Source: Bugula neritina (Eukaryota; Animalia; Bryozoa). Taken from it: DNA of 64,000 nt. Numbering within the stretch: the first letter of the stretch is position 1; each line of letters opens with the position of its first letter. Below the pieces are notes generated by a model. It ran no database searches and was not told the origin of the DNA. It was given only the letters and a program-made list of their open reading frames with translations. The stretch is taken from assembly GCA_964035545.1 (NCBI GenBank), contig OZ037768.1:14951675-15015674 (forward strand). The letters run 5' to 3'. Made by a program: the position numbers and the translations under genes. This document shows positions 1 to 14,700 of the stretch, one piece after another.

Positions 1-20
1 ACTGTAACATACTGAAATAC

Positions 21-160
21 ACTGCAACATACTGAAATATACTGCATGATACTGCAACATACTGATACACATTGTAAGATACTGAAATGCACTGCAACAT
101 ACTGAAATATACTGCATGATACTGCAACATACTCATACACGTTGTAAGATACTGAAATAC
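21..160 (+). repeat. 70-bp (7-monomer) tandem duplication internal to the 1728/2378-bp unit types
   Basis: 21-90 and 91-160 both read ACTGCAACAT ACTGAAATAT ACTGCATGAT ACTGCAACAT ACT(G/C)ATACAC (A/G)TTGTAAGAT ACTGAAAT(G/A)C. The same pair recurs near 4824, 10526, 16227, 21030, 27612, 32416, 41534, 43912, 49284, 51662 and 60864. It is single-copy in 1708/1678-bp units. Confidence 0.9.
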
Positions 161-600
161 ACTGCAACATACCGCAACATACTGCAACGTATTGAATTAC
201 ACTGTAACATATTGAAAAACACTGCAACACATTGAAACATACTGCAACATACTGAAACATACGGCAACATACTGAAATATACTGCGACACATTGAAATAT
301 AGTGCAACATACTGAAATATGCTGTAGCATACTGAAATACACTGCAATACACTGAAGTATACTGTAATATACAGAAACGTACTGTAACATACTGAAACAT
401 ACGGCAACATACTACAATATACTGTGACACATTGAAGTATACTGCAACATACTGAAATACACCGTAACATACTGAAATACACTGCAACATACTGAAATAC
501 ACTGTAACATATTGAAATACACTGCATCACACTGAAATATACTGAAACATACCGAAATATATGGTAACCTACTGAAATATGTTGCAAACCACTAAAACAT

Positions 601-650
601 ACTGCATCATCCTGCAACAAAATGAAATTTACGGTAACACTGAAGCATAC
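601..650 (+). repeat. First of 44 copies of the unit-boundary landmark ACTGCATCAT CCTGCAACAA AATGAAAT(A/T)T ACGGTAAC ACTGAAGCAT, which contains one 8-bp monomer
   Basis: The landmark GGTAAC starts at 633, 2090, 3708, 5436, 6084, 7792, 9410, 11138, 11786, 13494, 15112, 16839, 18297, 19914, 21642, 23260, 24878, 26496, 28224, 29682, 31300, 33028, 34646, 36354, 37532, 39240, 40418, 42146, 44524, 45242, 46920, 48168, 49896, 52274, 52992, 53740, 55418, 56955, 57663, 58401, 59109, 61476, 62194 and 63872. Each copy shifts the 10-bp register by -2. The copies at 6084 and 11786 lack the leading GCATCATC part. Confidence 0.93.
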
Positions 651-3299
651 TGCAATATACTGAAATATACTGTAACATACTAAAACATACTGCAACATAC
701 CGAAAAATATGGTAACCTACTGAAATATGTTACAAACTACTGAAACATACTGCAACATACTGCAACATAACGAAACATACTGCAACAAACTGAAAGATAC
801 TGCAACATACTGAAATACACTATAGAATACCCAAATATACTGCAACATACTGAAATATACTGCAAGATACTGCAAAATACTGAAGTACATTGTAAGATAC
901 CTAAATACACTGCAACATACTGCAACATACTGCAACATATTGAAATACACTGTAACATATTGAAAAACAGTGCAACACATTGAAATATACCGCAACATAC
1001 CGAAGTATATGGTAGCCTACTGAAATATACTGCGACATACTGAAATACACTGTAACGTACTGAAATACACTGCAACATACTGAAATACACTGTAACAGAT
1101 TAAAATACACTGCAACACACTGAAATATACTGAAACATACTGAAATATATGGTAACCCACTAAAATCTGTTGCAGACCACTGAAATATACTGCAACATAC
1201 TGCAACATAATGAATAATACTGCAACATACTGAAAAATACTGCAAGATACCGCAACATACTGATACACATTGTAAGATACTGAAATACACTGCAACATAC
1301 CGCAACATACTGCAACGTATTGAAATACACTGTAACATATTGAAAAACACTGCAACACATTGAAATATACTGCAACATACTGAAACATACGGCAACATAC
1401 TGAAATATACTGCGACACATTGAAATATAGTGCAACATACTGAAATATGCTGTAGCATACTGAAATACACTGCAATACACTGAAATATATGTAATATACA
1501 GATTCGTATTGTAACATACTGAAACATACGGCAACATACTAAAATATACTGCGACACATTGAAATATACTGCAACATACTGAAATACACCGTAACATACT
1601 AAACTCCACTGCAACATTCTGAAATACACTGTAACACATTGAAATACACTGCAACACAGGGAATTATACTGAAATACATTGTAAGATACGGAAACACACT
1701 GCAACATACTGTAACATAAAGAAATATAAGGTAACCTACTGAAATATGTTGAAAACTACTGAAATATACTGCAACATAATGCAACATAATGAAAGATACT
1801 GCAACATACTGAAATAAACTGCAAGATACTGCAACATACTGAAATACACTGCAACACACTGAAGTATACTGTAATATACAGAAATGTACTGTAAAATACT
1901 GAAATATACTTCAACATACTGAAAAATACCTAAAAATATTGAAACATACTGATATACACTGAAACATACTGAAATACACTGCAACACATTGGAATATACT
2001 GCAACATACCGAAATATATGGTAACCTACTGAAATATGTTGCAAACCACTAAAACATACTGCATCATCCTGCAACAAAATGAAATTTACGGTAACACTGA
2101 AGCATACTGCAATATACTGAAATATACTGTAACATACTAAGACATACTGCAACATACCGAAAAATATGGTAACCTACTGAAATATGTTACAAACTACTGA
2201 AACATACTGCAACATACTGCAACATAATGAAATATACTGCAACAAACTGAAAGATACTGCAACATACTGAAATACACTATAGAATACCCAAATATACTGC
2301 AACATACTGAAATATACTGCAAGATACTGCAAAATACTGAAGTACATTGTAAGATACCTAAATACACTGCAACATACTGCAACATACTGCAACATATTGA
2401 AATACACTGTAACATATTGAAAAACAGTGCAACACATTGAAATATACCGCAACATACCGAAGTATATGGTAGCCTACTGAAATATACTGCGACATACTGA
2501 AATACACTGTAACGTACTGAAATACACTGCAACATACTGAAATACACTGTAACAGATTAAAATACACTGCAACACACTGAAATATACTGAAACATACTGA
2601 AATATATGGTAACCCACTGAAATCTGTTGCAGACCACTGAAATATACTGCAACATACTGCAACATAATGAATAATACTGCAACATACTGAAAAATACTGC
2701 AAGATACTGCAACATACTGATACACATTGTAAGATACTGAAATACACTGCAACATACCGCAACATACTGCAACGTATTGAAATACACTGTAACATATTGA
2801 AAAACACTGCAACACATTGAAATATACTGCAACATACTGAAACATACGGCAACATACTGAAATATACTGCGACACTTTGAAATATAGTGCAACATACTGA
2901 AATATGCTGTAGCATACTGAAATACACTGCAATACACTGAAATATACTGTAATATACAGATTCGTACTGTAACATACTGAAACATACGGCAACATATTAA
3001 AATATACTGCGACACATTGAAATATACTGCAACATACTGAAATACACCGTAACATACTAAACTCCACTGCAACATTCTGAAATACACTGTAACACATTGA
3101 AATACACTGCAACACAGGGACTTATACTGAAATACATTGTAAGATACGGAAACACACTGCAACATACTGTAACATAATGAAATATAAGGTAACCTACTGA
3201 AATGTGTTGAAAACTACTGAAATATACTGCAACATAATGCAACATAATGAAAGATACTGCAACATACTGAAATAAACTGCAAGATACTGCAACATACTG

Positions 3300-6200
3300 A
3301 AATACACTGCAACACACTGAAGTATACTGTAATATACAGAAATGTACTGTAAAATACTGAAATATACTTCAACATACTGAAAAATACCTAAAAATATTGA
3401 AACATACTGATATACACTGAAACATACTGAAATACACTGCAACACATTGGAATTTACTGCAACATACCGAAATATATGGTAACCTACTGAAGTATGTTGC
3501 AAACTACTGAAATATACTGCAACATACTGAAATACGCCGTAACATACTGAAATACACTGCAACATACTGAAATACACTGTAACATATTGAAATACACTGC
3601 AACACACTGAAATATACTGAAACATACCGAAATATATGGTAACCTACTGAAATATGTTGCAAACCACTGAAACATACTGCATCATCCTGCAACAAAATGA
3701 AATATACGGTAACACTGAAGCATACTGCAATTTACTGAAATATACTGTAACATACTAAGACATACTGCAACATACCGAAAAATATGGTAACCTACTGAAA
3801 TATGTTACAAACTACTGAAACATACTGCAACATACTGCAACATAATGAAATATACTGCAACATAATGAAATATACTGCAACATACTGAAAGATACTGCAA
3901 GTTACTGCAAAATACTGAAATACATTGTAAGATACCTAAATACACTGCAACATACTGCAACATACTGCAACATATTGAAATACACTGTAACATATTGAAA
4001 AACACTGCAACACATTGAAATATACTGCAACATACTAAAACATACGGCAACATACTGAAATATACTGCGACACATTGAAATAAAGTGCAACATACTGAAA
4101 TATGCTGTAGCATACTGAAATACACTGCAATACACTGAAGTATACTGTAATATACAGAAACGTACTGTAACATACTGAAACATACGGCAACATACTAAAA
4201 TATACTGCGACACATTGAAACATACTGCAACATACTGATATACACCAAAACATACTAAACTCCCCTGCAACATTCTGAAATACACTGTAACACATTGAAA
4301 TACACTGCAACACAGTGAATTGCACTGAAATACATTGTAAGATACGGAAACACACTGCAACATACTGCAACATAATGAAATATATGGTAACCTACTGAAA
4401 TATGTTGAAAACTACTGAAATATACTGCAACATTAGGCAACATAATTAAAGATACTGCAATATACTGAAATAAACTGCAAGATACTGCAACATACTGAAA
4501 TACACTGTAACATACTGAAATACACTGTAACATATTGAAATACACTGCGACATACTGAAATACACTGCGACATACTGCAACATACTGAAAAACGCTGTAA
4601 CATATTGAAATACACTGCAACACATTGAAATATTCCGCAACATACCGAGATATATGGTAAGCTAATGAGATATACTGTAACACGTTGAAGTACGCTGCAA
4701 CATACTGAAATACACTGCAACACACTAAATTATACTGTAATTTACAGAAATGTACTGCAACATACTGAAATATACTGCAAGACACTGCAACATACTGAAA
4801 TACACTGTAACATACTGAAATACACTGCAACATACTGAAATATACTGCATGATACTGCAACATACTGATACACATTGTAAGATACTGAAATGCACTGCAA
4901 CATACTGAAATATACTGCATGATACTGCAACATACTCATACACATTGTGAGATACTGAAATACACTGCAACATACCGCAACATACTGCAACGTATTGAAT
5001 TACACTGTAACATATTGAAAAACACTGCAACACATTGAAACATACTGCAACATACTGAAACATACGGCAACATACTGAAATATACTGCGACACATTGAAA
5101 TATAGTGCAACATACTGAAATATGCTGTAGCATACTGAAATACACTGCAATACACTGAAGTATACTGTAATATACAGAAACGTACTGTAACATACTGAAA
5201 CATACGGCAACATACTACAATATACTGTGACACATTGAAGTATACTGCAACATACTGAAATACACCGTAACATACTGAAATACACTGCAACATACTGAAA
5301 TACACTGTAACATATTGAAATACACTGCAACACACTGAAATATACTGAAACATACCGAAATATATGGTAACCTACTGAAATATGTTGCAAACCACTGAAA
5401 CATACTGCATCATCCTGCAATAAAATGAAATTTACGGTAACACTGAAGCATACTGCAATATACTGAAATATACTGTAACATACTAAGACATACTGCAACA
5501 TACCGAAAAATATGGTAACCTACTGAAATATGTTACAAACTACTGAAACATACTGCAACATACTGCAACATAATGAAATATACTGCAACAAACTGAAAGA
5601 TACTGCAACATACTGAGATACACTATAGAATACCCAAATATACTGCAACATACTGAAATATACTGCAAGATACTGCAAAATACAGAAGTACATTGTAAGA
5701 TACCTAAATACACTGCAACATACTGCAACATACTGCAACATATTGAAATACACTGTAACATATTGAAAAACAGTGCAACACATTGAAATATACCGCAACA
5801 TACCGAAGTATATGGTAGCCTACTGAAATATACTTCAACATACTGAAAAATATCTAAAAATATTGAAACATACTGATATACACTGAAACATACTGAAATA
5901 CACTGCAACACATTGGAATATACTGCAACATACCGAAATATATGGTACCCTACTGAAGTATGTTGCAAACTACTGAAATATACTGCAACATACTGAAATA
6001 CGCCGTAACATACCGAAATACACTGCAACATACTGAAATACACTGTAACATATTGAAATACACTGCAACAAAATGAAATATACGGTAACACTGAAGCATA
6101 CTGCAATTTACTAAAATATACTGTAACATACTAAGACATACTGCAACATACCGAAAAATATGGTAACCTACTGAAATATGTCACAAACTACTGAAACATA

Positions 6201-9200
6201 CTGCAACATACTGCAACATAATGAAATATACTGCAACATAATGAAATATACTGCAACATACTGAAAGATACTGCAAGTTACTGCAAAATACTGAAATACA
6301 TTGTAAGATACCTAAATACACTGCAACATACTGCAACATACTGCAAGGTATTGAAATACACTGTAACATATTGAAAAACACTGCAACACATTGAAATATA
6401 CTGCAACATACTAAAACATACGGCAACATACTGAAATATACTGCGACACATTGAAATATAGTGCAACATACTGAAATATGCTGTAGCATACTGAAATACA
6501 CTGCAATACACTGAAGTATACTGTAATATACAGAAATGTACTGTAACATACTGAAACATACGGCAACATACTAAAATATACTGCGACACATTGAAACATA
6601 CTGCAACATACTGAAATACACCAAAACATACTAAACTCCCCTGCAACATTCTGAAATACACTGTAACACATTGAAATACACTGCAACACAATGAATTGCA
6701 CTGAAATACATTGTAAGATTTGGAAACACACTGCAACATACTGCAACATAATGAAATATATGGTAACCTACTGAAATATGTTGAAAACTACTGAAATATA
6801 CTGCAACATTATGCAACATAATGAAAGATACTGCAATATACTGAAATAAACTGCAAGATACTGCAACATACTGAAATACACTGTAACATACTGAAATACA
6901 CTGTAACATATTGAAATACACTGCGACATACTGAAATACACTGTAACATATTAAAATACACTGCAACACACTGAAATATACTGAAACATACCGAAATATA
7001 TGGTAACCCACTGAAATATGTTGCAAACCACTGAAATATACTGCAACATACTGCAACATAATGAAGTATACTGCAACAGACTGAAATATACGGCAAGAAA
7101 CTGCAACACACTGAATTACACTGTAACATACTGAAGTACACTGCAACATACTGAAATATACTGCATGATACTGCAACATACTGATACACATTGTAAGATA
7201 CTGAAATACACTGCAACATACCGCAACATACTGCAACGTATTGAAATACACTGTAACATATTGAAAAACACTGCAACACATTGAAATATACTGCAACATA
7301 CTGAAACATACGGCAACATACTGAAATATACTGCGACACATTGAAATATAGTGCAACATACTGCAAGATACTGCAACATACTGAAATACACTGCAACACA
7401 CTGAAGTATACTGTAATATACAGAATTGTACTGTAAAATACTGAAATATACTTCAACATACTGAAAACTACCTAAAAATATTGAAACATACTGATATACA
7501 CTGAAACATACTGAAATACACTGCAACACATTGGAATATACTGCAACATACTGAAATATATGGTAACCTACTGAAGTATGTTGCAAACAACTGAAATATA
7601 CTGCAACATACTGAAATACGCCGTAACATACTGAAATACACTGCAACATACTGAAATACACTGTAACAAATTGAAATACACTGCAACACACTGAAATACA
7701 CTGAAACATACCGAAATATAAGGTAAACTACTGAAACATGTTGCAAACCACTGAAACATACTGCATAATCCTGCAACAAAATGAAATAAACGGTAACACT
7801 GAAGCATACTGCAATATACTGAAATATACTGTAACATACTAAGACATACTGCAACATACCGAAATATATGGTAACCTACTGAAATATGTTGCAAACTACT
7901 GAAACATACTGCAAGATACTGCAACATAATGAAATATACTGCAACAAACTGAAAGATACTGCAACATACTGAAATACACTATAGAATACCCAAATATACT
8001 GCAACATACTGAAATATACTGCAAGATACTGCAAAATACTGAAGTACATTGTAAGATACCTAAATACACTGCAACATACTGCAACATACTGCAACATATT
8101 GAAATACACTGTAACATATTGAAAAACAGTGCAACACATTGAAATATACCGCAACATACCGAAGTATATGGTAGCCTACTGAAATATACTGCGACATACT
8201 GAAATACACTGTAACCTACTGAAATACACTGCAACATACTGAAATACACTGTAACAGATTAAAATACACTGCAACACACTGAAATATACTGAAACATACT
8301 GAAATATATGGTAACCCACTGAAATCTGTTGCAGACCACTGAAATATACTGCAACATACTGCAACATAATGAATAATACTGCAACATACTGAAAAATACT
8401 GCAAGATACTGCAACATACTGATACACATTGTAAGATACTGAAATACACTGCAACATACCGCAACATACTGCAACGTATTGAAATACACTGTAACATATT
8501 GAAAAACACTGCAACACATTGAAATATACTGCAACATACTGAAACATACGGCAACATACTGAAATATACTGCGACACATTGAAATATAGTGCAACATACT
8601 GAAATATGCTGTAGCATACTGAAATACACTGCAATACACTGAAATATACTGTAATATACAGATTCGTACTGTAACATACTGAAACATACGGCAACATATT
8701 AAAATATACTGCGACACATTGAAATATACTGCAACATACTGAAATACACCGTAACATACTAAACTCCACTGCAACATTCTGAAATACACTGTAACACATT
8801 GAAATACACTGCAACACAGGGAATTATACTGAAATACATTGTAAGATACGGAAACACACTGCAACATACTGTAACATAATGAAATATAAGGTAACCTACT
8901 GAAATATGTTGAAAACTACTGAAATATACTGCAACATAATGCAACATAATGAAAGATACTGCAACATACTGAAATAAACTGCAAGATACTGCAACATACT
9001 GAAATACACTGCAACACACTGAAGTATACTGTAATATACAGAAATGTACTGTAAAATACTGAAATATACTTCAACATACTGAAAAATACCTAAAAATATT
9101 GAAACATACTGATATACACTGAAACATACTGAAATACACTGCAACACATTGGAATTTACTGCAACATACCGAAATATATGGTAACCTACTGAAGTATGTT

Positions 9201-12200
9201 GCAAACTACTGAAATATACTGCAACATACTGAAATACGCCGTAACATACTGAAATACACTGCAACATACTGAAATACACTGTAACATATTGAAATACACT
9301 GCAACACACTGAAATATACTGAAACATACCGAAATATATGGTAACCTACTGAAATATGTTGCAAACCACTGAAACATACTGCATCATCCTGCAACAAAAT
9401 GAAATATACGGTAACACTGAAGCATACTGCAATTTACTGAAATATACTGTAACATACTAAGACATACTGCAACATACCGAAAAATATGGTAACCTACTGA
9501 AATATGTTACAAACTACTGAAACATACTGCAACATACTGCAACATAATGAAATATACTGCAACATAATGAAATATACTGCAACATACTGAAAGATACTGC
9601 AAGTTACTGCAAAATACTGAAATACATTGTAAGATACCTAAATACACTGCAACATACTGCAACATACTGCAACATATTGAAATACACTGTAACATATTGA
9701 AAAACACTGCAACACATTGAAATATACTGCAACATACTAAAACATACGGCAACATACTGAAATATACTGCGACACATTGAAATAAAGTGCAACATACTGA
9801 AATATGCTGTAGCATACTGAAATACACTGCAATACACTGAAGTATACTGTAATATACAGAAACGTACTGTAACATACTGAAACATACGGCAACATACTAA
9901 AATATACTGCGACACATTGAAACATACTGCAACATACTGAAATACACCAAAACATACTAAACTCCCCTGCAACATTCTGAAATACACTGTAACACATTGA
10001 AATACACTGCAACACAGTGAATTGCACTGAAATACATTGTAAGATACGGAAACACACTGCAACATACTGCAACATAATGAAATATATGGTAACCTACTGA
10101 AATATGTTGAAAACTACTGAAATATACTGCAACATTATGCAACATAATGAAAGATACTGCAATATACTGAAATAAACTGCAAGATACTGCAACATACTGA
10201 AATACACTGTAACATACTGAAATACACTGTAACATATTGAAATACACTGCGACATACTGAAATACACTGCGACATACTGCAACATACTGAAAAACGCTGT
10301 AACATATTGAAATACACTGCAACACATTGAAATATTCCGCAACATACCGAGATATATGGTAAGCTAATGAGATATACTGTAACACGTTGAAGTACGCTGC
10401 AACATACTGAAATACACTGCAACACACTAAATTATACTGTAATTTACAGAAATGTACTGCAACATACCGAAATATACTGCAAGACACTGCAACATACTGA
10501 AATACACTGTAACATACTGAAATACACTGCAACATACTGAAATATACTGCATGATACTGCAACATACTGATACACATTGTAAGATACTGAAATGCACTGC
10601 AACATACTGAAATATACTGCATGATACTGCAACATACTCATACACATTGTGAGATACTGAAATACACTGCAACATACCGCAACATACTGCAACGTATTGA
10701 ATTACACTGTAACATATTGAAAAACACTGCAACACATTGAAACATACTGCAACATACTGAAACATACGGCAACATACTGAAATATACTGCGACACATTGA
10801 AATATAGTGCAACATACTGAAATATGCTGTAGCATACTGAAATACACTGCAATACACTGAAGTATACTGTAATATACAGAAACGTACTGTAACATACTGA
10901 AACATACGGCAACATACTACAATATACTGTGACACATTGAAGTATACTGCAACATACTGAAATACACCGTAACATACTGAAATACACTGCAACATACTGA
11001 AATACACTGTAACATATTGAAATACACTGCAACACACTGAAATATACTGAAACATACCGAAATATATGGTAACCTACTGAAATATGTTGCAAACCACTGA
11101 AACATACTGCATCATCCTGCAATAAAATGAAATTTACGGTAACACTGAAGCATACTGCAATATACTGAAATATACTGTAACATACTAAGACATACTGCAA
11201 CATACCGAAAATTATGGTAACCTACTGAAATATGTTACAAACTACTGAAGCATACTGCAACATACTGCAACATAATGAAATATACTGCAACAAACTGAAA
11301 GATACTGCAACATACTGAGATACACTATAGAATACCCAAATATACTGCAACATACTGAAATATACTGCAAGATACTGCAAAATACAGAAGTACATTGTAA
11401 GATACCTAAATACACTGCAACATACTGCAACATACTGCAACATATTGAAATACACTGTAACATATTGAAAAACAGTGCAACACATTGAAATATACCGCAA
11501 CATACCGAAGTATATGGTAGCCTACTGAAATATACTTCAACATACTGAAAAATATCTAAAAATATTGAAACATACTGATATACACTGAAACATACTGAAA
11601 TACACTGCAACACATTGGAATATACTGCAACATACCGAAATATATGGTACCCTACTGAAGTATGTTGCAAACTACTGAAATATACTGCAACATACTGAAA
11701 TACGCCGTAACATACCGAAATACACTGCAACATACTGAAATACACTGTAACATATTGAAATACACTGCAACAAAATGAAATATACGGTAACACTGAAGCA
11801 TACTGCAATTTACTAAAATATACTGTAACATACTAAGACATACTGCAACATACCGAAAAATATGGTAACCTACTGAAATATGTCACAAACTACTGAAACA
11901 TACTGCAACATACTGCAACATAATGAAATATACTGCAACATAATGAAATATACTGCAACATACTGAAAGATACTGCAAGTTACTGCAAAATACTGAAATA
12001 CATTGTAAGATACCTAAATACACTGCAACATACTGCAACATACTGCAAGGTATTGAAATACACTGTAACATATTGAAAAACACTGCAACACATTGAAATA
12101 TACTGCAACATACTAAAACATACGGCAACATACTGAAATATACTGCGACACATTGAAATATAGTGCAACATACTGAAATATGCTGTAGCATACTGAAATA

Positions 12201-14700
12201 CACTGCAATACACTGAAGTATACTGTAATATACAGAAATGTACTGTAACATACTGAAACATACGGCAACATACTAAAATATACTGCGACACATTGAAACA
12301 TACTGCAACATACTGAAATACACCAAAACATACTAAACTCCCCTGCAACATTCTGAAATACACTGTAACACATTGAAATACACTGCAACACAATGAATTG
12401 CACTGAAATACATTGTAAGATTTGGAAACACACTGCAACATACTGCAACATAATGAAATATATGGTAACCTACTGAAATATGTTGAAAACTACTGAAATA
12501 TACTGCAACATTATGCAACATAATGAAAGATACTGCAATATACTGAAATAAACTGCAAGATACTGCAACATACTGAAATACACTGTAACATACTGAAATA
12601 CACTGTAACATATTGAAATACACTGCGACATACTGAAATACACTGTAACATATTAAAATACACTGCAACACACTGAAATATACTGAAACATACCGAAATA
12701 TATGGTAACCCACTGAAATATGTTGCAAACCACTGAAATATACTGCAACATACTGCAACATAATGAAGTATACTGCAACAGACTGAAATATACGGCAAGA
12801 AACTGCAACACACTGAATTACACTGTAACATACTGAAGTACACTGCAACATACTGAAATATACTGCATGATACTGCAACATACTGATACACATTGTAAGA
12901 TACTGAAATACACTGTAACATACCGCAACATACTGCAACGTATTGAAATACACTGTAACATATTGAAAAACACTGCAACACATTGAAATATACTGCAACA
13001 TACTGAAACATACGGCAACATACTGAAATATACTGCGACACATTGAAATATAGTGCAACATACTGCAAGATACTGCAACATACTGAAATACACTGCAACA
13101 CACTGAAGTATACTGTAATATACAGAATTGTACTGTAAAATACTGAAATATACTTCAACATACTGAAAACTACCTAAAAATATTGAAACATACTGATATA
13201 CACTGAAACATACTGAAATACACTGCAACACATTGGAATATACTGCAACATACTGAAATATATGGTAACCTACTGAAGTATGTTGCAAACAACTGAAATA
13301 TACTGCAACATACTGAAATACGCCGTAACATACTGAAATACACTGCAACATACTGAAATACACTGTAACAAATTGAAATACACTGCAACACACTGAAATA
13401 CACTGAAACATACCGAAATATAAGGTAAACTACTGAAACATGTTGCAAACCACTGAAACATACTGCATAATCCTGCAACAAAATGAAATAAACGGTAACA
13501 CTGAAGCATACTGCAATATACTGAAATATACTGTAACATACTAAGACATACTGCAACATACCGAAATATATGGTAACCTACTGAAATATGTTGCAAACTA
13601 CTGAAACATACTGCAAGATACTGCAACATAATGAAATATACTGCAACAAACTGAAAGATACTGCAACATACTGAAATACACTATAGAATACCCAAATATA
13701 CTGCAACATACTGAAATATACTGCAAGATACTGCAAAATACTGAAGTACATTGTAAGATACCTAAATACACTGCAACATACTGCAACATACTGCAACATA
13801 TTGAAATACACTGTAACATATTGAAAAACAGTGCAACACATTGAAATATACCGCAACATACCGAAGTATATGGTAGCCTACTGAAATATACTGCGACATA
13901 CTGAAATACACTGTAACCTACTGAAATACACTGCAACATACTGAAATACACTGTAACAGATTAAAATACACTGCAACACACTGAAATATACTGAAACATA
14001 CTGAAATATATGGTAACCCACTGAAATCTGTTGCAGACCACTGAAATATACTGCAACATACTGCAACATAATGAATAATACTGCAACATACTGAAAAATA
14101 CTGCAAGATACTGCAACATACTGATACACATTGTAAGATACTGAAATACACTGCAACATACCGCAACATACTGCAACGTATTGAAATACACTGTAACATA
14201 TTGAAAAACACTGCAACACATTGAAATATACTGCAACATACTGAAACATACGGCAACATACTGAAATATACTGCGACACATTGAAATATAGTGCAACATA
14301 CTGAAATATGCTGTAGCATACTGAAATACACTGCAATACACTGAAATATACTGTAATATACAGATTCGTACTGTAACATACTGAAACATACGGCAACATA
14401 TTAAAATATACTGCGACACATTGAAATATACTGCAACATACTGAAATACACCGTAACATACTAAACTCCACTGCAACATTCTGAAATACACTGTAACACA
14501 TTGAAATACACTGCAACACAGGGAATTATACTGAAATACATTGTAAGATACGGAAACACACTGCAACATACTGTAACATAATGAAATATAAGGTAACCTA
14601 CTGAAATATGTTGAAAACTACTGAAATATACTGCAACATAATGCAACATAATGAAAGATACTGCAACATACTGAAATAAACTGCAAGATACTGCAACATA
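3300..14700 (+). repeat. Higher-order tandem duplication, period 5702 bp (1728+648+1708+1618), two near-identical copies; ends approximate
   Basis: ORF-track offsets 3805/9507, 5520/11222, 6181/11883 and 7876/13578 are all 5702. Private variants shared by the two copies include GGTACC (5944/11646), TAAAGTGC (4081/9783), GATTTGGAAA (6717/12419) and GTAACCTACT replacing GTAACGTACT (8211/13913). Confidence 0.92.

Noticed and set aside
4311-4350. CACAGTG, identical to the V(D)J/Transib recombination-signal heptamer, once per 1728/1708-type unit
   Set aside because: There is no ACAAAAACC-like nonamer at 12 or 23 bp spacing, and the heptamer is reachable from the monomer by point changes.
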